DNA from: Octopus sinensis | Taxonomy: Eukaryota | DNA: 64,000 nucleotides | Assembly: GCF_006345805.1 (NCBI RefSeq) | Contig: NC_042997.1 | Location: forward strand, 108,314,001-108,378,000 | Direction: 5' to 3' | Part shown: in pieces, positions 62,898 to 64,000 of the stretch | How the letters are laid out: each line of letters starts with the position of its first letter | How positions within the stretch are numbered: the first letter of the stretch is position 1 | Notes under the pieces: model-generated | The model's database searches: none | What the model was told of the DNA's origin: nothing | What the model saw: the letters and a program-made list of their open reading frames with translations, nothing else | Position numbers and translations under genes: made by a program

Positions 62898-63290
62898 GTA
62901 CTATCATACTGTAAGAGTTGTAAATATATTAAGGTATTTTTTCCATAGTTCAAACTTTACCTGATATTGAACTTAAAATAGTGTGTAGAGTGAATAGACA
63001 ATAATTCCATGAGAAGTTGAGTTTTGAGCTCAGCTGAGCAACTCATATGTTGTTGTTGTTGCTGTCGTCGTCATCATCATCATCTTTATTGTTCCAACAT
63101 GCACTTCTCTATGCTTGACATGAACCAGATGGAAATCATTGCCCTTTCTGTCACCAACCCTTATTTGTTTCCATTCCTCACCATGGCTGGACATGTTTCC
63201 ATGCAAGAATGAAAATTTACAAAAATGGCTTGCAGATGTGATGCTGCTGCTCATTTACAGCCATCACATATCAAGACTAGGAAACTCAAG

Positions 63291-63343
<53 letters not shown>

Positions 63344-64000
63344 CTATACATATTCATCCATGTATCTATCTCATCATCATCATCATTTGACATCTGTTTT
63401 CCGTGCTGGCATGGGCTGGCAACCCAGAGAGCTGCACCAGGCTCCATTTGTTTGTCTGTTTTGGCATGGTTTCTACAGCTAGGTGCCCTTCCTAATGCCA
63501 ACCACTTTACAGAGTATACTCGGTGCTTCTGGCTTGGCACCAACAGCAATGAAGTCACTTGCAAGACAAAGAGTGGGGAGTGGTATTGAAGTGGTGGGGG
63601 GGGGGGTAATTCTATTGCTATTATAGAAGACCCTTGCCTGAGGTGTCACACAATGGCACTGCAACCCCTGTCATGCCTGCAGCTGTGTGGCTCAGTAGCT
63701 CTCTTCAAAACCTCACCATTAGGGGTTCAGTCCCACTGCATCAACACTGTTGGTTACCTCCTTCAGCCATGGGTTGACCAATTCCTTGTAAGGGAAAATG
63801 GTAACGGAAGAAGCCTGTCCTGTGTGTGTGGCTGTGCATTTCCACCTCATCATGATAGGTTTGCATGAGGATGGACACAAGAACATCATCATTCTTGCAG
63901 ATGGAGTAATTCATTTGCTATTCACTGTAAAAACATATGTGGGTTTCTTGAAACAAAAGCCTCACCAGTTGTACAAAACAAAGAAAGGGCTGGGGTCGAT

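Noticed and set aside
62579-62964. Multiple overlapping YIYIHT/VCVY ORFs
   Set aside because: Dinucleotide microsatellite translations

Overview
Eukaryotic, AT-rich, microsatellite- and retroelement-saturated DNA whose repeat landscape (tRNA-headed SINEs, RTE, CR1 and R4/Dong LINE debris) looks like an octopus/coleoid cephalopod genome; the species assignment is inference from remembered repeat families. The main gene is a 5'-partial UBASH3/Sts-family gene on the + strand: 10 coding exons, 9819-50184, all GT-AG and phase-consistent, 1693 nt, about 563 aa, with end of UBA, 2H phosphoesterase, SH3 and histidine phosphatase domains. The exon with the start and most of the UBA domain was not found and is probably upstream of the window. 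Most short ORFs in the supplied track are microsatellite or repeat artefacts. Best leads: (1) a repeated unit joining a tRNA-like Pol III head to a Penelope-type minimal hammerhead ribozyme tail with Penelope-style inverted 5' ends (candidate Penelope-mobilised SINE); (2) a second hammerhead-like motif with the compensatory U3-A8 core; (3) an antisense SLC5/SGLT-like N-terminal coding fragment nested in an intron; (4) an SH3 domain that has lost the canonical PxNY residues; (5) several long intronic fold-backs and a 95-bp target-site duplication. Repeat boundaries are approximate unless TSD/TIR coordinates are given.
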